Positions 54,943-64,000 of a DNA stretch of 64,000 nucleotides are shown here, one piece after another. Under the pieces are notes generated by a model that worked only from the letters and a program-made list of their open reading frames with translations, did no database searches and had not been told where the DNA came from. Origin of the DNA: Clostridia bacterium (GTDB taxonomy: Bacteria; Bacillota; Clostridia; TANB77; CAG-508); the NCBI GenBank assembly GCA_017510245.1, contig JAFWNQ010000013.1:82720-146719 (forward strand). Direction: 5' to 3'. The stretch's first letter is position 1. Every line of letters begins with the position of its first letter. The translations under genes and the position numbers were made by a program.

Positions 54943-55938
54943 ATGAAAAATAAAAAACTAAAGATTAGTAAGATTATTATTACTATAAGTATTATTTTTA
55001 CAAGTATAATTATTGCTTTTTACACTAGTTTAATAGTAAATATTATTTCAAAGAAAATAAAAGATAAAAAGGCAGTAAATAGAGCTACTGAGATTGTATT
55101 GGATTATATGAATAAAAAATATAATAAAGAATTTAGTGCTAAACTAACTTCAAAAGGATATGCAGAAAAGTATGTACCTATTCCTCCAACAGGAGAAATA
55201 TATTGTGGTCATGATAGAAATATTATGAATTATGATTTTGAATTGAAATGTAATGAATCAAATGTGATATCATATGCTACTGTTTCACAAAATATTTCAG
55301 AAGGAAATGCAAGTGTGAATGAGGGAAATACTAGTTATGAATTAGCTCAGAGGCTAGCTGAAATAAACGAGAAAGTTTCAAGAATAGTAAAAAAGTATTA
55401 TGACGTATATAACAGCAAAAGTGACTTGAGTACAGAAAATTATAACAATGATAAGATAAAGGTGAATATTGAAAGCAATTATAAAAAGGAATTAAATCAA
55501 AATTTAGAACTAATATCAGATATAATTGAACTATTAAAAGAAAAGGATGTAGACACTATAGTGGAACTGAACTATAAGGGAATTATACTTGAAGTAGGAA
55601 AAGATGGCAATGTTGATAGCGGTAAAAGATACTTTGAATTTGTAGAAAAAGTTGAGAATTGCATGAAAAACAATTATGAAGAACCATACATCATTTATAC
55701 TAAAATGAGTCCTCCAAATCCAGATATAAATGTAAAGCTAGATGTAAAAATAAAAAAAGAGTATAACAGTGAACGTAGAAAGATATACTCAAAGTTATAT
55801 AGTGAATTAAAAAAGATTGTTGATGAAACAAAGATGAGTATTCAATTGGAATTCAAAGACAATGATGCATTTATTGGAACCTATTCTGATGATACCTTTG
55901 AAGAATACTATAAAGACTTTATAGCTAATTATGATTAA
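54943..55938 (+). CDS. membrane-anchored hypothetical protein
   Basis: 331 aa; N-terminal TM; no recognised motif. Confidence 0.55.
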   Translation: MKNKKLKISKIIITISIIFTSIIIAFYTSLIVNIISKKIKDKKAVNRATEIVLDYMNKKYNKEFSAKLTSKGYAEKYVPIPPTGEIYCGHDRNIMNYDFELKCNESNVISYATVSQNISEGNASVNEGNTSYELAQRLAEINEKVSRIVKKYYDVYNSKSDLSTENYNNDKIKVNIESNYKKELNQNLELISDIIELLKEKDVDTIVELNYKGIILEVGKDGNVDSGKRYFEFVEKVENCMKNNYEEPYIIYTKMSPPNPDINVKLDVKIKKEYNSERRKIYSKLYSELKKIVDETKMSIQLEFKDNDAFIGTYSDDTFEEYYKDFIANYD

Positions 55939-55952
55939 AATGGAAGAGAGCG

Positions 55953-56558
55953 ATGGTGTATTTTTTATATTTTTTAGGATTAGTTATTAATTATATACTT
56001 AACTTTATTCAATTAAACAAAGTAAAAAACAGACTTATAATCAGTATTATTACATTAGCCTGTATTATACTTGGTAGTAAAATACTAGATTATATTGTGA
56101 ATTACAGATTTTATGAATTTTATAATTTTGAAGAAGTATTAAAAAATGGTTATATGATTTATGGAGGAATTATTACAGCAATTGTAGAAGTAAATCTTTA
56201 TTGTTATCTAAATAAAATTGAGACAAAAAAAGTCTTTGATGTAATAATTCCTAATATGTTAATAATGTATTCTATATTCAAAATAGGATGTTTTATTAAT
56301 GGATGCTGCATTGGAAAATATGATATTCCAATACAACTGATAGAATCAATTGTATGCTTTATAGTTTATAGGATAATTAATAAATACTTTAACAACGATA
56401 AGATATCAGTGACTTGCATAGGATTTGGATTTATCAGAATATTAGATTTTATTATGAGAAAGCAAATTATGCTAGATAATTTAATCATTAATGAAATAAT
56501 TAGTATTTTTATACTTGTTTTTGGCATATATTATTATCGAAAGAATAATCAAAAATAA
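55953..56558 (+). CDS. polytopic membrane protein, possibly Lgt (prolipoprotein diacylglyceryl transferase) family
   Basis: YGGIITAI and FKIGCFINGCCIGKYDIPIQLIES resemble Lgt blocks, but the protein is short (201 aa). Confidence 0.45.
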   Translation: MVYFLYFLGLVINYILNFIQLNKVKNRLIISIITLACIILGSKILDYIVNYRFYEFYNFEEVLKNGYMIYGGIITAIVEVNLYCYLNKIETKKVFDVIIPNMLIMYSIFKIGCFINGCCIGKYDIPIQLIESIVCFIVYRIINKYFNNDKISVTCIGFGFIRILDFIMRKQIMLDNLIINEIISIFILVFGIYYYRKNNQK

Positions 56559-56595
56559 AAGATTTTGCATATAATAGCTTAAGGAGAGTTTAATT

Positions 56596-57102
56596 ATGAG
56601 TCTATTATATGATGCCAAAAACATTAAGAAAAAAGACCCAGCGTGCAAAAACTTATTTGAGGTTTTTGTGTTATATCAAGGCTTTCACATATTAATCTTT
56701 CATAGATTAGCACATTTTTTATTTATGAATAAATTAGTATTTATAGCAAAATTAGTTTCACAATTAGGTAGATTTTTTACTGGAGTTGAAATACATCCAG
56801 GAGCTAAGATAGGGAAAGGTTTATTTATAGACCATGGAATGGGTGTTGTCATTGGCGAAACTGCAACAATAGGAGATAATTGTACTATTTATCATGGAGT
56901 AACAATAGGAGGTACTGGAAAAGAGAAAGGTAAAAGGCATCCGGACATTGGAAATAATGTAATAATTGGTGCAGGAGCACAACTATTAGGTCCGATTAGT
57001 ATTGGAAATAACGTTAAGATAGGAGCGAATGCAACTGTTAGTAAAAATGTGCCAAGTAATTCAACGGTGATTAAGTTTAATGAGATAATTAGAAAAGATT
57101 AA
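56596..57102 (+). CDS. cysE: serine O-acetyltransferase
   Basis: Left-handed beta-helix hexapeptides: [44 protein letters not shown]. Confidence 0.85.
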   Translation: MSLLYDAKNIKKKDPACKNLFEVFVLYQGFHILIFHRLAHFLFMNKLVFIAKLVSQLGRFFTGVEIHPGAKIGKGLFIDHGMGVVIGETATIGDNCTIYHGVTIGGTGKEKGKRHPDIGNNVIIGAGAQLLGPISIGNNVKIGANATVSKNVPSNSTVIKFNEIIRKD

Positions 57103-57128
57103 AAGGTGAGTATAGCTCACCTTTTAAT
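57103..57128 (+). terminator. intrinsic terminator
   Basis: AAGGTGAG pairs with CTCACCTT, followed by a T run. Confidence 0.7.
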
Positions 57129-57321
57129 TTATTATTTGTAAAAAAATGCATAATTTAATATGTCAAGTCATTACAACTAATTACTTAAAAGATTTGAACA
57201 CTATGATGCAGAGGGGAGTAAAGAGATTTTATTATAAAAATAATTAAAAATTTGTTAGTTCTTGACAATATTTGTAATCTAGTATAATATAATATTGAAT
57301 ATTTATAAAAGAGGGATAAAA

Positions 57322-58476
57322 ATGATAGATTTTCTTATTGAGAATAAAAAAATAGTAATTATAATTTCAATAGTTTTAGTTTTAGCTATAGCAGGAACTG
57401 TTGCTTATAAAGTGTTTACAAGTAAGAATAAATATGAAGAGTCTGAATTTGAGCAAGAGTCAAAACAAGCTTGGGAAGAATATGACTCTTTTGATGATGA
57501 GGCAATTGCAGAACAATTTGAAGAACCAGAGGAAGGTTTAGAAGAAGGTGAAAAACCAAAAGTAGATCAAAATAAAAATAGTGATGGAAAGAGCAGTGGA
57601 GGAAATTCATTTTTAATTAAAGTAAATAAACAAGCAAATGTTGTTACTGTTTATAAAAAAGATGATAATGGAGACTATACAGTGCCAGTAAAGGCAATGA
57701 TTTGTTCAACTGGGCCATATACTCCTTCTTGTGGAAAATATCCAAAATCATCATATCAAACAACAGGTGGAAAAAGAAGATGGGCACTTTTACAGGGAAA
57801 TGTTTATGGTCAATATGCAACTCAGATAGTAGGTAATATTCTTTTCCATTCAGTACCTTATACTGCACAAAATCCATCTGCTTTGGAGTATTGGGAATAT
57901 GATAAGTTGGGAACAGCAGCTTCAGCTGGATGTATTAGACTAACTGTAGCAGATGCTCAATGGGTATATAATAATATAGGAGGAGGGACAACGGTTGAAT
58001 TTTACTCTAGTTCTAATCCTGGACCATTAGGAAAGCCATCAGCACAAAAGATTTCAAGTAATGAAAAATGTAGAGGATGGGATCCAACAGATTGGTCTGA
58101 AGGAAATCCATGGAAAAGTGTAAGTGTTCAACCACAACCAGAAGAATTGGATGCAAAACCGGAAGAAACTAATGAAACTAATACTACAACCAATACAAGC
58201 ACTAATTCAACTACAACAAATAAAACAAGTCCAGGAACTGGAACAGGAAAATCTTCTGGATATAGTCAAAATACAACTTCAAGCAATACTACAACCAATA
58301 CTACAAAATCTGAAACTGAATCAATAGATAATGATAATAATAGTGATGATGATAATTATGGAGCTTATTCTTCTTCAAGTGACAATACTCAAAGCCAGTC
58401 AGGAAGTGGAGAACAAACAGGTGGAACCACTGATTCTACAGTGAATGAAGGCACAGGAGAAACTCCATCTGAATAA
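57322..58476 (+). CDS. membrane-anchored L,D-transpeptidase (YkuD) with S/T/N-rich C-terminal tail
   Basis: FHSVPYTAQ...GTAASAGCIRLTVADAQWVYNN. ATG 57322 follows AGAGGGA. Confidence 0.85.
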   Translation: MIDFLIENKKIVIIISIVLVLAIAGTVAYKVFTSKNKYEESEFEQESKQAWEEYDSFDDEAIAEQFEEPEEGLEEGEKPKVDQNKNSDGKSSGGNSFLIKVNKQANVVTVYKKDDNGDYTVPVKAMICSTGPYTPSCGKYPKSSYQTTGGKRRWALLQGNVYGQYATQIVGNILFHSVPYTAQNPSALEYWEYDKLGTAASAGCIRLTVADAQWVYNNIGGGTTVEFYSSSNPGPLGKPSAQKISSNEKCRGWDPTDWSEGNPWKSVSVQPQPEELDAKPEETNETNTTTNTSTNSTTTNKTSPGTGTGKSSGYSQNTTSSNTTTNTTKSETESIDNDNNSDDDNYGAYSSSSDNTQSQSGSGEQTGGTTDSTVNEGTGETPSE

Positions 58477-58487
58477 TAATAATAAAC

Positions 58488-58522
58488 GGGCAGACCTTCT
58501 GTATACACATAATGGTCTGCCC
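58488..58522. terminator. bidirectional GC-rich hairpin
   Basis: GGGCAGACC pairs with GGTCTGCCC, between convergent genes. Confidence 0.7.
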
Positions 58523-58527
58523 TTGGC

Positions 58528-58746
58528 CTAACTGAAAGTGATAATGCCTATAGGCCGATAGCATGAGATTTCGACGCTGTCATGTCTACGTTCGAAAGAG
58601 ATTTCTTTCTCAATTTGCCTTAGCACTTCGTCAGATACCTCTTCAAGAGGAGTGAGGGTACGATAGTTTTCATAAATACCATAACCTTCTTCTGAAAACC
58701 TCCTATTTCTGAAGCGATACCTGAGTCTATATACATAAACCTTCAT
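58528..58746 (-). CDS. 72-aa basic/acidic hypothetical protein (GC-rich module E)
   Basis: ATG 58746 follows GAAGGG; begins MKVYVYRLRYRFRNRRF... Higher G+C than the flanks. Confidence 0.5.
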   Translation of the reverse strand: MKVYVYRLRYRFRNRRFSEEGYGIYENYRTLTPLEEVSDEVLRQIEKEISFERRHDSVEISCYRPIGIITFS

Positions 58747-58805
58747 AGTTGACCCTTCTCTAGCAGGCAAAAAACTATTTGCCTTAACTGAACTAGAACA
58801 ATATA

Positions 58806-58834
58806 ATTATAACATAAATTTACATAATATGCAA
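58806..58834 (-). promoter_or_regulatory. promoter of module E
   Basis: On the minus strand: TTGCAT, 17 nt, TGt-TATAAT. Confidence 0.5.
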
Positions 58835-58898
58835 TATTACCTTTATTTTTACTAATTTATATGATAGAATAATATTTAAATTTATTTTATTAAGGATA

Positions 58899-59690
58899 AT
58901 GAGTATGAAAGATAGTAAAATATATGCATTAGCTATTTCAATAGTTATAATTGCCATAATATTAAAAACTTATGAACGAATCAAACTGAGTAGAGAGGCT
59001 ATTTTAGAAGATGTTAATCAAATATCTAAAATTGAGGTTTTAGATGATAAAAATGATTATAAGGATGAAAATGCATTAACAATTGAATTAGAAAATAATA
59101 ATTTAGAAGAAAATATAGTAGTGGAAGAAATAGCTGAAAAAAAGTATAATGAAGGAATATCAGGATCAAATCCATATTATATAGTAGTTAATAAACAAGA
59201 AAATGTTGTTACAATATATACAAAAGATCAAGAAGGCTATTATACTGAACCATTTAAAGCAATGATATGTTCAACAGGAATTTATACTCCTCAATGTAGT
59301 AAGTATCCTAAAGAAACATATAAAACTACAGGTTCAAAGAATAGATGGAATTACTTACAAAGAAATGTTTATGGGCAATATGCAACACAAATAGTGGGAA
59401 ACATATTATTTCATTCAGTACCATATAAAAGAAGAGATGTTTCAACTTTGGAGTATTGGGAGTATGACTTGCTTGGAACAAAAGCTTCAGTGGGGTGTAT
59501 TAGACTTACTGTTGAAGATGCAAAATGGATATATGATAACATTTCTGCAGGAACGATGGTTAGATTTTGCGAGGAAGATGATGTAGGACCATTAGGTAAG
59601 CCAGAAGCAAAGAAGATTTCGGATAATGAAGAATGCCGAAATTGGGATCCAACAGATGACCATGAAGGAAATCCATGGAAAACAGAATAA
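58899..59690 (+). CDS. membrane-anchored L,D-transpeptidase (YkuD), paralog of 57322..58476
   Basis: FHSVPYKRR...GTKASVGCIRLTVEDAKWIYDN. Long blocks are identical to the upstream paralog. Confidence 0.85.
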   Translation: MSMKDSKIYALAISIVIIAIILKTYERIKLSREAILEDVNQISKIEVLDDKNDYKDENALTIELENNNLEENIVVEEIAEKKYNEGISGSNPYYIVVNKQENVVTIYTKDQEGYYTEPFKAMICSTGIYTPQCSKYPKETYKTTGSKNRWNYLQRNVYGQYATQIVGNILFHSVPYKRRDVSTLEYWEYDLLGTKASVGCIRLTVEDAKWIYDNISAGTMVRFCEEDDVGPLGKPEAKKISDNEECRNWDPTDDHEGNPWKTE

Positions 59691-59706
59691 AAGGGAATTT
59701 ATAGTA

Positions 59707-60225
59707 ATGAAAGATTTAAAAGTTTTAATAAATGAAAAAGAATTAATGGAAAGAGTGAATGAATTAGCTAATCAAATTGAAAAAGATTATTTAGATGAAG
59801 AAATTATACTTATATGTATTTTAAAAGGAGCTGTTTATTTTACTACAGATTTATCTAAGAGAATAAATAATAACAAAGTAGTTCTTGACTTTATGAAAGT
59901 AAGTAGCTATGGAAGTGCAACAGAAACAAGTGGAAAAGTTGACTTTCAGCTTGACTTAAGTGAAGATATAAAGGGAAGAAATGTAATAATAGTAGAGGAT
60001 ATCCTAGACTCAGGTGTTACGTTACATTATTTGATTAATATACTAAGTAAAAGAAATCCAAAATCAATTAAGATTTGTACACTTTTAGATAAACCTGAAA
60101 GAAGAAGAAAACAAGTCAAAGTTGATTATGTAGGATTTGAGATTAAAGATAAGTTTGTTGTAGGCTATGGAATGGACTATAATGAACATTATAGAAACTT
60201 ACCTTATATAGGATATTTTGAATAA
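59707..60225 (+). CDS. hpt: hypoxanthine phosphoribosyltransferase
   Basis: PRPP motif VIIVEDILDSGVTL; C-terminal VGYGMDYNEHYRNLPYIG. Confidence 0.9.
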   Translation: MKDLKVLINEKELMERVNELANQIEKDYLDEEIILICILKGAVYFTTDLSKRINNNKVVLDFMKVSSYGSATETSGKVDFQLDLSEDIKGRNVIIVEDILDSGVTLHYLINILSKRNPKSIKICTLLDKPERRRKQVKVDYVGFEIKDKFVVGYGMDYNEHYRNLPYIGYFE

Positions 60226-60308
60226 AGAATGAAAAATATTGATTATTACTATTGAAAAATAATGTTTTTAATGATTTAATATTATTAGATTATAACAGAG
60301 GAAGATAA

Positions 60309-60749
60309 ATGTATAGTATTAAAGAGTATCAAAAAGCATATGTTGAAGTTTTAACAGTGCTAGAATATTTAAAAGAAATAGATAAAGAAGACTATGATAA
60401 AATACCAATTGATAGAATTAAACATATGGAAAAAGAAAAAGATAAAGATTATTGCTTTAAATTTGACAAAGACATTTTAATAAAAAATCAAGTTTGTCAA
60501 CTTTCAAAAGAATTAATTGCATATATTTATTTTAATTATATTGCAAGTAATAGTAAGAGAATAGAAATACAAAGAAAAAAGACACAGATTAATAATGAAA
60601 TAAACCTTAATAATATAGAGTTAAGACCTCTATTTAAAGAAAAAGAAATAAAAAAACAGAATAATAATACTGCTTTAATAGTAAGAAAAAAGACAATACT
60701 AGAAATAATTAAAGAAAAAATGAAATCTATTATAGATAGATTTGTTTAA
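60309..60749 (+). CDS. hypothetical protein
   Basis: 146 aa, AT-rich like the host; no motif recognised. Confidence 0.55.
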   Translation: MYSIKEYQKAYVEVLTVLEYLKEIDKEDYDKIPIDRIKHMEKEKDKDYCFKFDKDILIKNQVCQLSKELIAYIYFNYIASNSKRIEIQRKKTQINNEINLNNIELRPLFKEKEIKKQNNNTALIVRKKTILEIIKEKMKSIIDRFV

Positions 60750-60750
60750 T

Positions 60751-60779
60751 TTGACGAAAATGTGAAAAAATGGTATAAT
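60751..60779 (+). promoter_or_regulatory. promoter of GC-rich module F
   Basis: TTGACG, 17 nt, TGg-TATAAT (60774-60779). Confidence 0.5.
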
Positions 60780-60813
60780 TATATTATACCCAATCAGAAG
60801 ATTGGAGGTTATT

Positions 60814-61053
60814 ATGGGCATCGAGAATGTGAAAGAAGTAGAAAAAGTCATTGAAGAGATCCAGGAGTTTACTGGTTTTGTACCGGAAGGAGAATTTGAT
60901 TCGATAGCTTATCTACACAAAGCAAGAGAAGTAATAAACGCGTACGATAGGATGGTTGCTTCTAAGAGTGACGAAGGTGTTTATGAAGAAATTGAACTCA
61001 TTCGTTACTATTTGAAAAACTATCCCCATTATCTCGAGTTCCATAGTGAGTAG
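60814..61053 (+). CDS. 79-aa acidic hypothetical protein (GC-rich module F)
   Basis: ATG 60814 lies 5 nt after GGAGG. 38% G+C by hand count, against 23% for the first 100 nt of the gene at 60309. Confidence 0.55.
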   Translation: MGIENVKEVEKVIEEIQEFTGFVPEGEFDSIAYLHKAREVINAYDRMVASKSDEGVYEEIELIRYYLKNYPHYLEFHSE

Positions 61054-61085
61054 GATCAAGCTTTAAACGAATCATAAAGCTTGAG

Positions 61086-61124
61086 GGGATACAGAAAAAT
61101 GCTATTATCTGTATCCCTTTTTTT
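61086..61124 (+). terminator. intrinsic terminator of module F
   Basis: GGGATACAG pairs with CTGTATCCC, followed by T7. A second hairpin (TCAAGCTTT / AAAGCTTGA) precedes it. Confidence 0.75.
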
Positions 61125-61140
61125 GTATAAGAGGTGAAAG

Positions 61141-63024
61141 ATGAGTAAAAATTCTATTATCAAACTAATAAATTCATATATACGATGTAAAAATGATTTG
61201 AATTCTGTGTTTTCTAATATTCCAAATTTGAATGATGAAAATGAAATAATAGTAATTAATCAAGTTAGTTATAGAATAAAAGATTTAGTAGATGGAAGTA
61301 TTAGAAGATGTGAAGGCATATTAGAAAATGGAATAAAACAAGTATTAGGGGAGAATTATAGTAAATTTGAGAGAATACTAGAATTGCAAGAGGAAATAGA
61401 AGACATTGAAGAAATGGAAAGATCAGAAAATCTAAAGCAAAGATGGATTGAAAGAAAAAGAAATGAAATAGAAAGATTAGAGAATGAACTAGATAATTCT
61501 TTGTCTCCTGAAAAAAAAATGCAACTAGAACGATTCATAAATAAAGTCCCTGCAGTTTTTTATACAGAAATTGGATGGGTAGTGAATCAAGCAGCACATC
61601 AACATAGAGAAAAAGAGAAGCAGTCAAGAAGAGGAAGTATAGGAAGAGAGAGAGAACGAAGAAAAGCAGATGATTTCTTCGCTTTTAAAGATACAAAAAT
61701 GGTAGAAATAATAGCAAATTATTTGCTAAATGCAGAAGGAGATGTAACAATTAGGTTAGATGAATCAGGAAATAAATGCCTATATATTTTCAACAATAAT
61801 TTACCAAGATTATTTGGAAGATCTCCAATAGGATTACATTTTGGTTCGGAAGATAAGTTTATAAGAATAATAAATAATGCAGATGGAATACTAAACAGTT
61901 ATGTGCTCGAACGTGGAAAAGATGCTTTTAGGGCTAAACTTAGATTAAGATATTTAAAAAAAGAGTCTTCGAAAAATAAAAGCGATAATAATTCTACAAT
62001 GCCAAGTGAAGGCTCTATAAAAGAACAAATAGAGATATTGACTGTTAAATATCTATTCTATAAAAAAAGAATAGATTCAATAAAGAACAAATTAAGAAAA
62101 AAAGGTAATGATCAAGAAAGATTAAATCTAGAAAAAAATATAAAAAAAATGAATGAATGCAAATTCATTTTACTAAGAGCATGTATACAATATCCAGATT
62201 TGGAAGAAAAGATTATGAAGTACATTAAAGAAACTCCAACCATTGATAAAAATGAACAAAAAGAACTTGAAGAACTTAATATGGATTTAAAATTATCCTT
62301 ATACATAAAAAAATCATTATTAAAGATTAAAAGCAATAAAGAATTAGTTGATTTTTTGAAAAAGAACATTGACTACATTGATAGTATTAAACAAGTTAAT
62401 TATATAGTTAATGGAGAAAATGACTTTACAAGTTTATTACAAACAATTCAAGAAATACAGAATGAAAAAGATGCTAATAAGAAAAATGAAATGATAAGAA
62501 TTTTGGTTTATAGATGTGTTGGAAAGGGAACAGAAGGGGAAGACGCTTTCTTTCCAAGTACAGATGATGATATTGATTCTAAAAAACAAATAATAGATTT
62601 TATTAAATCAATAGATTTAGGTGTTGCTGATGACTCTATTGAGTATTTGGTGGATGAAGCAATAAAGGATAAAACATCAATTAAAGAAGATCAAAATGGT
62701 GATTGGACAGAAGAGTATAAAGATATAGAAGATTCAAATAAATCAAATATCATTTCATTTTTTAAAAATGGAATGATAAAACATAAAATGGATTTAACAG
62801 AAGTTGAAGATGCAGTAGAAATATTAAAAAAATTAGAATTATTATATGGAAAAGATAAAGACGGAGTAATTGATGACATTTCAAGGACTATTGATGTAGC
62901 ATTTAATGGTGATAGAGCAAATAGTACAGAAGAAAAACAATTCCTTATGGATCAATTTGAAGACATAACTTTAGAAAATGATTATACTGCATTTTTTGAT
63001 TTATTGGAAAAAATAATAGAGTAA
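61141..63024 (+). CDS. 627-aa hypothetical protein, K/E-rich with probable coiled-coil segments
   Basis: Long ORF with RBS AGAGGTGAAAG; no catalytic or family motif recognised. Confidence 0.65.
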   Translation: MSKNSIIKLINSYIRCKNDLNSVFSNIPNLNDENEIIVINQVSYRIKDLVDGSIRRCEGILENGIKQVLGENYSKFERILELQEEIEDIEEMERSENLKQRWIERKRNEIERLENELDNSLSPEKKMQLERFINKVPAVFYTEIGWVVNQAAHQHREKEKQSRRGSIGRERERRKADDFFAFKDTKMVEIIANYLLNAEGDVTIRLDESGNKCLYIFNNNLPRLFGRSPIGLHFGSEDKFIRIINNADGILNSYVLERGKDAFRAKLRLRYLKKESSKNKSDNNSTMPSEGSIKEQIEILTVKYLFYKKRIDSIKNKLRKKGNDQERLNLEKNIKKMNECKFILLRACIQYPDLEEKIMKYIKETPTIDKNEQKELEELNMDLKLSLYIKKSLLKIKSNKELVDFLKKNIDYIDSIKQVNYIVNGENDFTSLLQTIQEIQNEKDANKKNEMIRILVYRCVGKGTEGEDAFFPSTDDDIDSKKQIIDFIKSIDLGVADDSIEYLVDEAIKDKTSIKEDQNGDWTEEYKDIEDSNKSNIISFFKNGMIKHKMDLTEVEDAVEILKKLELLYGKDKDGVIDDISRTIDVAFNGDRANSTEEKQFLMDQFEDITLENDYTAFFDLLEKIIE

Positions 63025-63049
63025 TTGTTTTATGCAAAATGGAGGTACT

Positions 63050-64000
63050 ATGGAAGAAAAATATCAAAAACTATTATATTGGTTTAAAGAGATTTCTAAA
63101 ATACCACGTAATTCGAAAGAGGAAGAAAAAATTGCTGAGTGGATTTGCAATTTTGCTAAAGAACGCAATCTTGAATATTATAAAGATGAATTACATAATG
63201 TTCTAATAAAGAAGAATGCATCAAAAGGTTATGAACAAAAAAAGCCTATAATACTTCAAGCTCATACTGATATGGTGTGCGTTAAAGACGAAGGAATTGA
63301 GCATGATTTTACAAAAGACTCTATAGAAATTATTGAGTCAAAAGATACTTATATTGCAAAAGGAACATCTCTAGGTGCAGATGATGGAATTGGAGTAGCA
63401 TATTTGCTTCTTATTTTAGATGATAATTCCATTAATCACCCAGAAATCAATTGTTTATTTACAACACAAGAAGAAATAGGAATGGATGGAGCAGGATTTT
63501 TTGATTATTCAAAAATCAAAGCTGATTATTTAATTAATGTAGATAATGAAGAAGAAAACACTGCAACAGTTGGCTGTGCAGGAGGTGTAAGACTTGAATA
63601 TTTAAAAAATATTCAAATGACAAAAATAAGAAGTCCTTATGTAAGAAGACTTAAGATTTCAGGACTATCAGGAGGACATTCTGGAGTTGATATAGATAAA
63701 AAAAGAATTAATGCAAATTTTTTAGCAGCTTATATTCTTAAAAATTATGTATTCTCTCCTAAGATTGTGAGCTTTAATGGTGGAACAAAGGACAATGCAA
63801 TTGCAAATAGTGTTGAAGTAGAATTTATTACGCCTAAAACACCAGTTAATGGAATAGAAACATTTAAAGAGGATTTATATAATAATGAAATACCAGAAAT
63901 TAAACTCACAGAGGCAGACAAAAATATAAATATTGAGATAGAAAGAAAAAGAGCAATAGTTGGAGAAAAAGGAGTTATTAAAACAGATGCATTATCTAAT
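63050..64000 (+). CDS. pepD: aminoacyl-histidine dipeptidase (M20 family PepD), 3' end outside window
   Basis: ATG 63050 follows GGAGG. LQAHTDMV, GADDGIGVAY and TTQEEIGMDGA motifs. The frame is open to the window end, so it is absent from the ORF track. Confidence 0.85.
   Translation, partial: MEEKYQKLLYWFKEISKIPRNSKEEEKIAEWICNFAKERNLEYYKDELHNVLIKKNASKGYEQKKPIILQAHTDMVCVKDEGIEHDFTKDSIEIIESKDTYIAKGTSLGADDGIGVAYLLLILDDNSINHPEINCLFTTQEEIGMDGAGFFDYSKIKADYLINVDNEEENTATVGCAGGVRLEYLKNIQMTKIRSPYVRRLKISGLSGGHSGVDIDKKRINANFLAAYILKNYVFSPKIVSFNGGTKDNAIANSVEVEFITPKTPVNGIETFKEDLYNNEIPEIKLTEADKNINIEIERKRAIVGEKGVIKTDALSN

Noticed and set aside
1-64000. CRISPR arrays, rRNA genes, IS elements or transposases
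   Set aside because: There are no regularly spaced short direct repeats with unique spacers. The only periodic DNA is the coding Big_2 array. There are no rRNA-like GC-rich blocks. No ORF has DDE, HUH, serine-recombinase or tyrosine-recombinase motifs.

Overview
This is a very AT-rich chromosomal segment; a hand-counted sample of an ordinary gene is about one quarter G+C. It looks like a Firmicutes/Clostridia-like bacterium. Most of the window is housekeeping and lies almost entirely on the + strand. In order: the 3' end of an acyl-CoA ligase, a TetR regulator with a MacB-type ABC exporter, a P1B metal ATPase, rdgB, rsmE, rpoZ, a decayed dprA, PBP1A, cysS, ftsH, a giant dockerin/Big_2/YkuD surface protein, rplU-rpmA, a U32 peptidase, nrdDG, tRNA-Leu, a SipW/TasA-like fibre operon, sufCBDSU, a NodB deacetylase, tRNA-Thr and tRNA-Gly, a second Ham1 protein, mgtA, a minimal proS, lysA, cysE, two tandem L,D-transpeptidases, hpt, and pepD (cut by the window end). 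The most unusual region is an integrase-less mosaic island at about 39.6-47.5 kb. It holds three cassettes. Each has the same ~45-nt promoter block and the same pseudopilin-like leader (G-ITLIALVVTIIV.LILAG), and each carries a different ectodomain: FGE/C-type-lectin-like, B-repeat + Hint autoprocessing module with a 73-aa tail, or a YWLASPS...GFRPIV type. The island also contains a duplicated tRNA-Gly, an orphan 3' gene remnant, a C-terminally truncated MoaA-like radical SAM gene, a 98-bp direct repeat and a repeated GGGACGTCC core. A second theme is six compact, clearly higher-GC single-gene modules (38-47% G+C in my hand counts). Each has a TTGnnn-17-TATAAT promoter and a GC-rich hairpin downstream (a clear intrinsic terminator in most), and they are dropped into intergenic gaps across the window. 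Other observations: three frameshifted genes (dprA and two cassette genes), a perfect 38-bp palindrome on the suf promoter, a partial duplication at tRNA-Leu, and an L27 without the Firmicutes propeptide. I saw no CRISPR array, rRNA, transposase, integrase or recognisable known defence system. All functional calls rest on motif recognition by eye, not on database searches.
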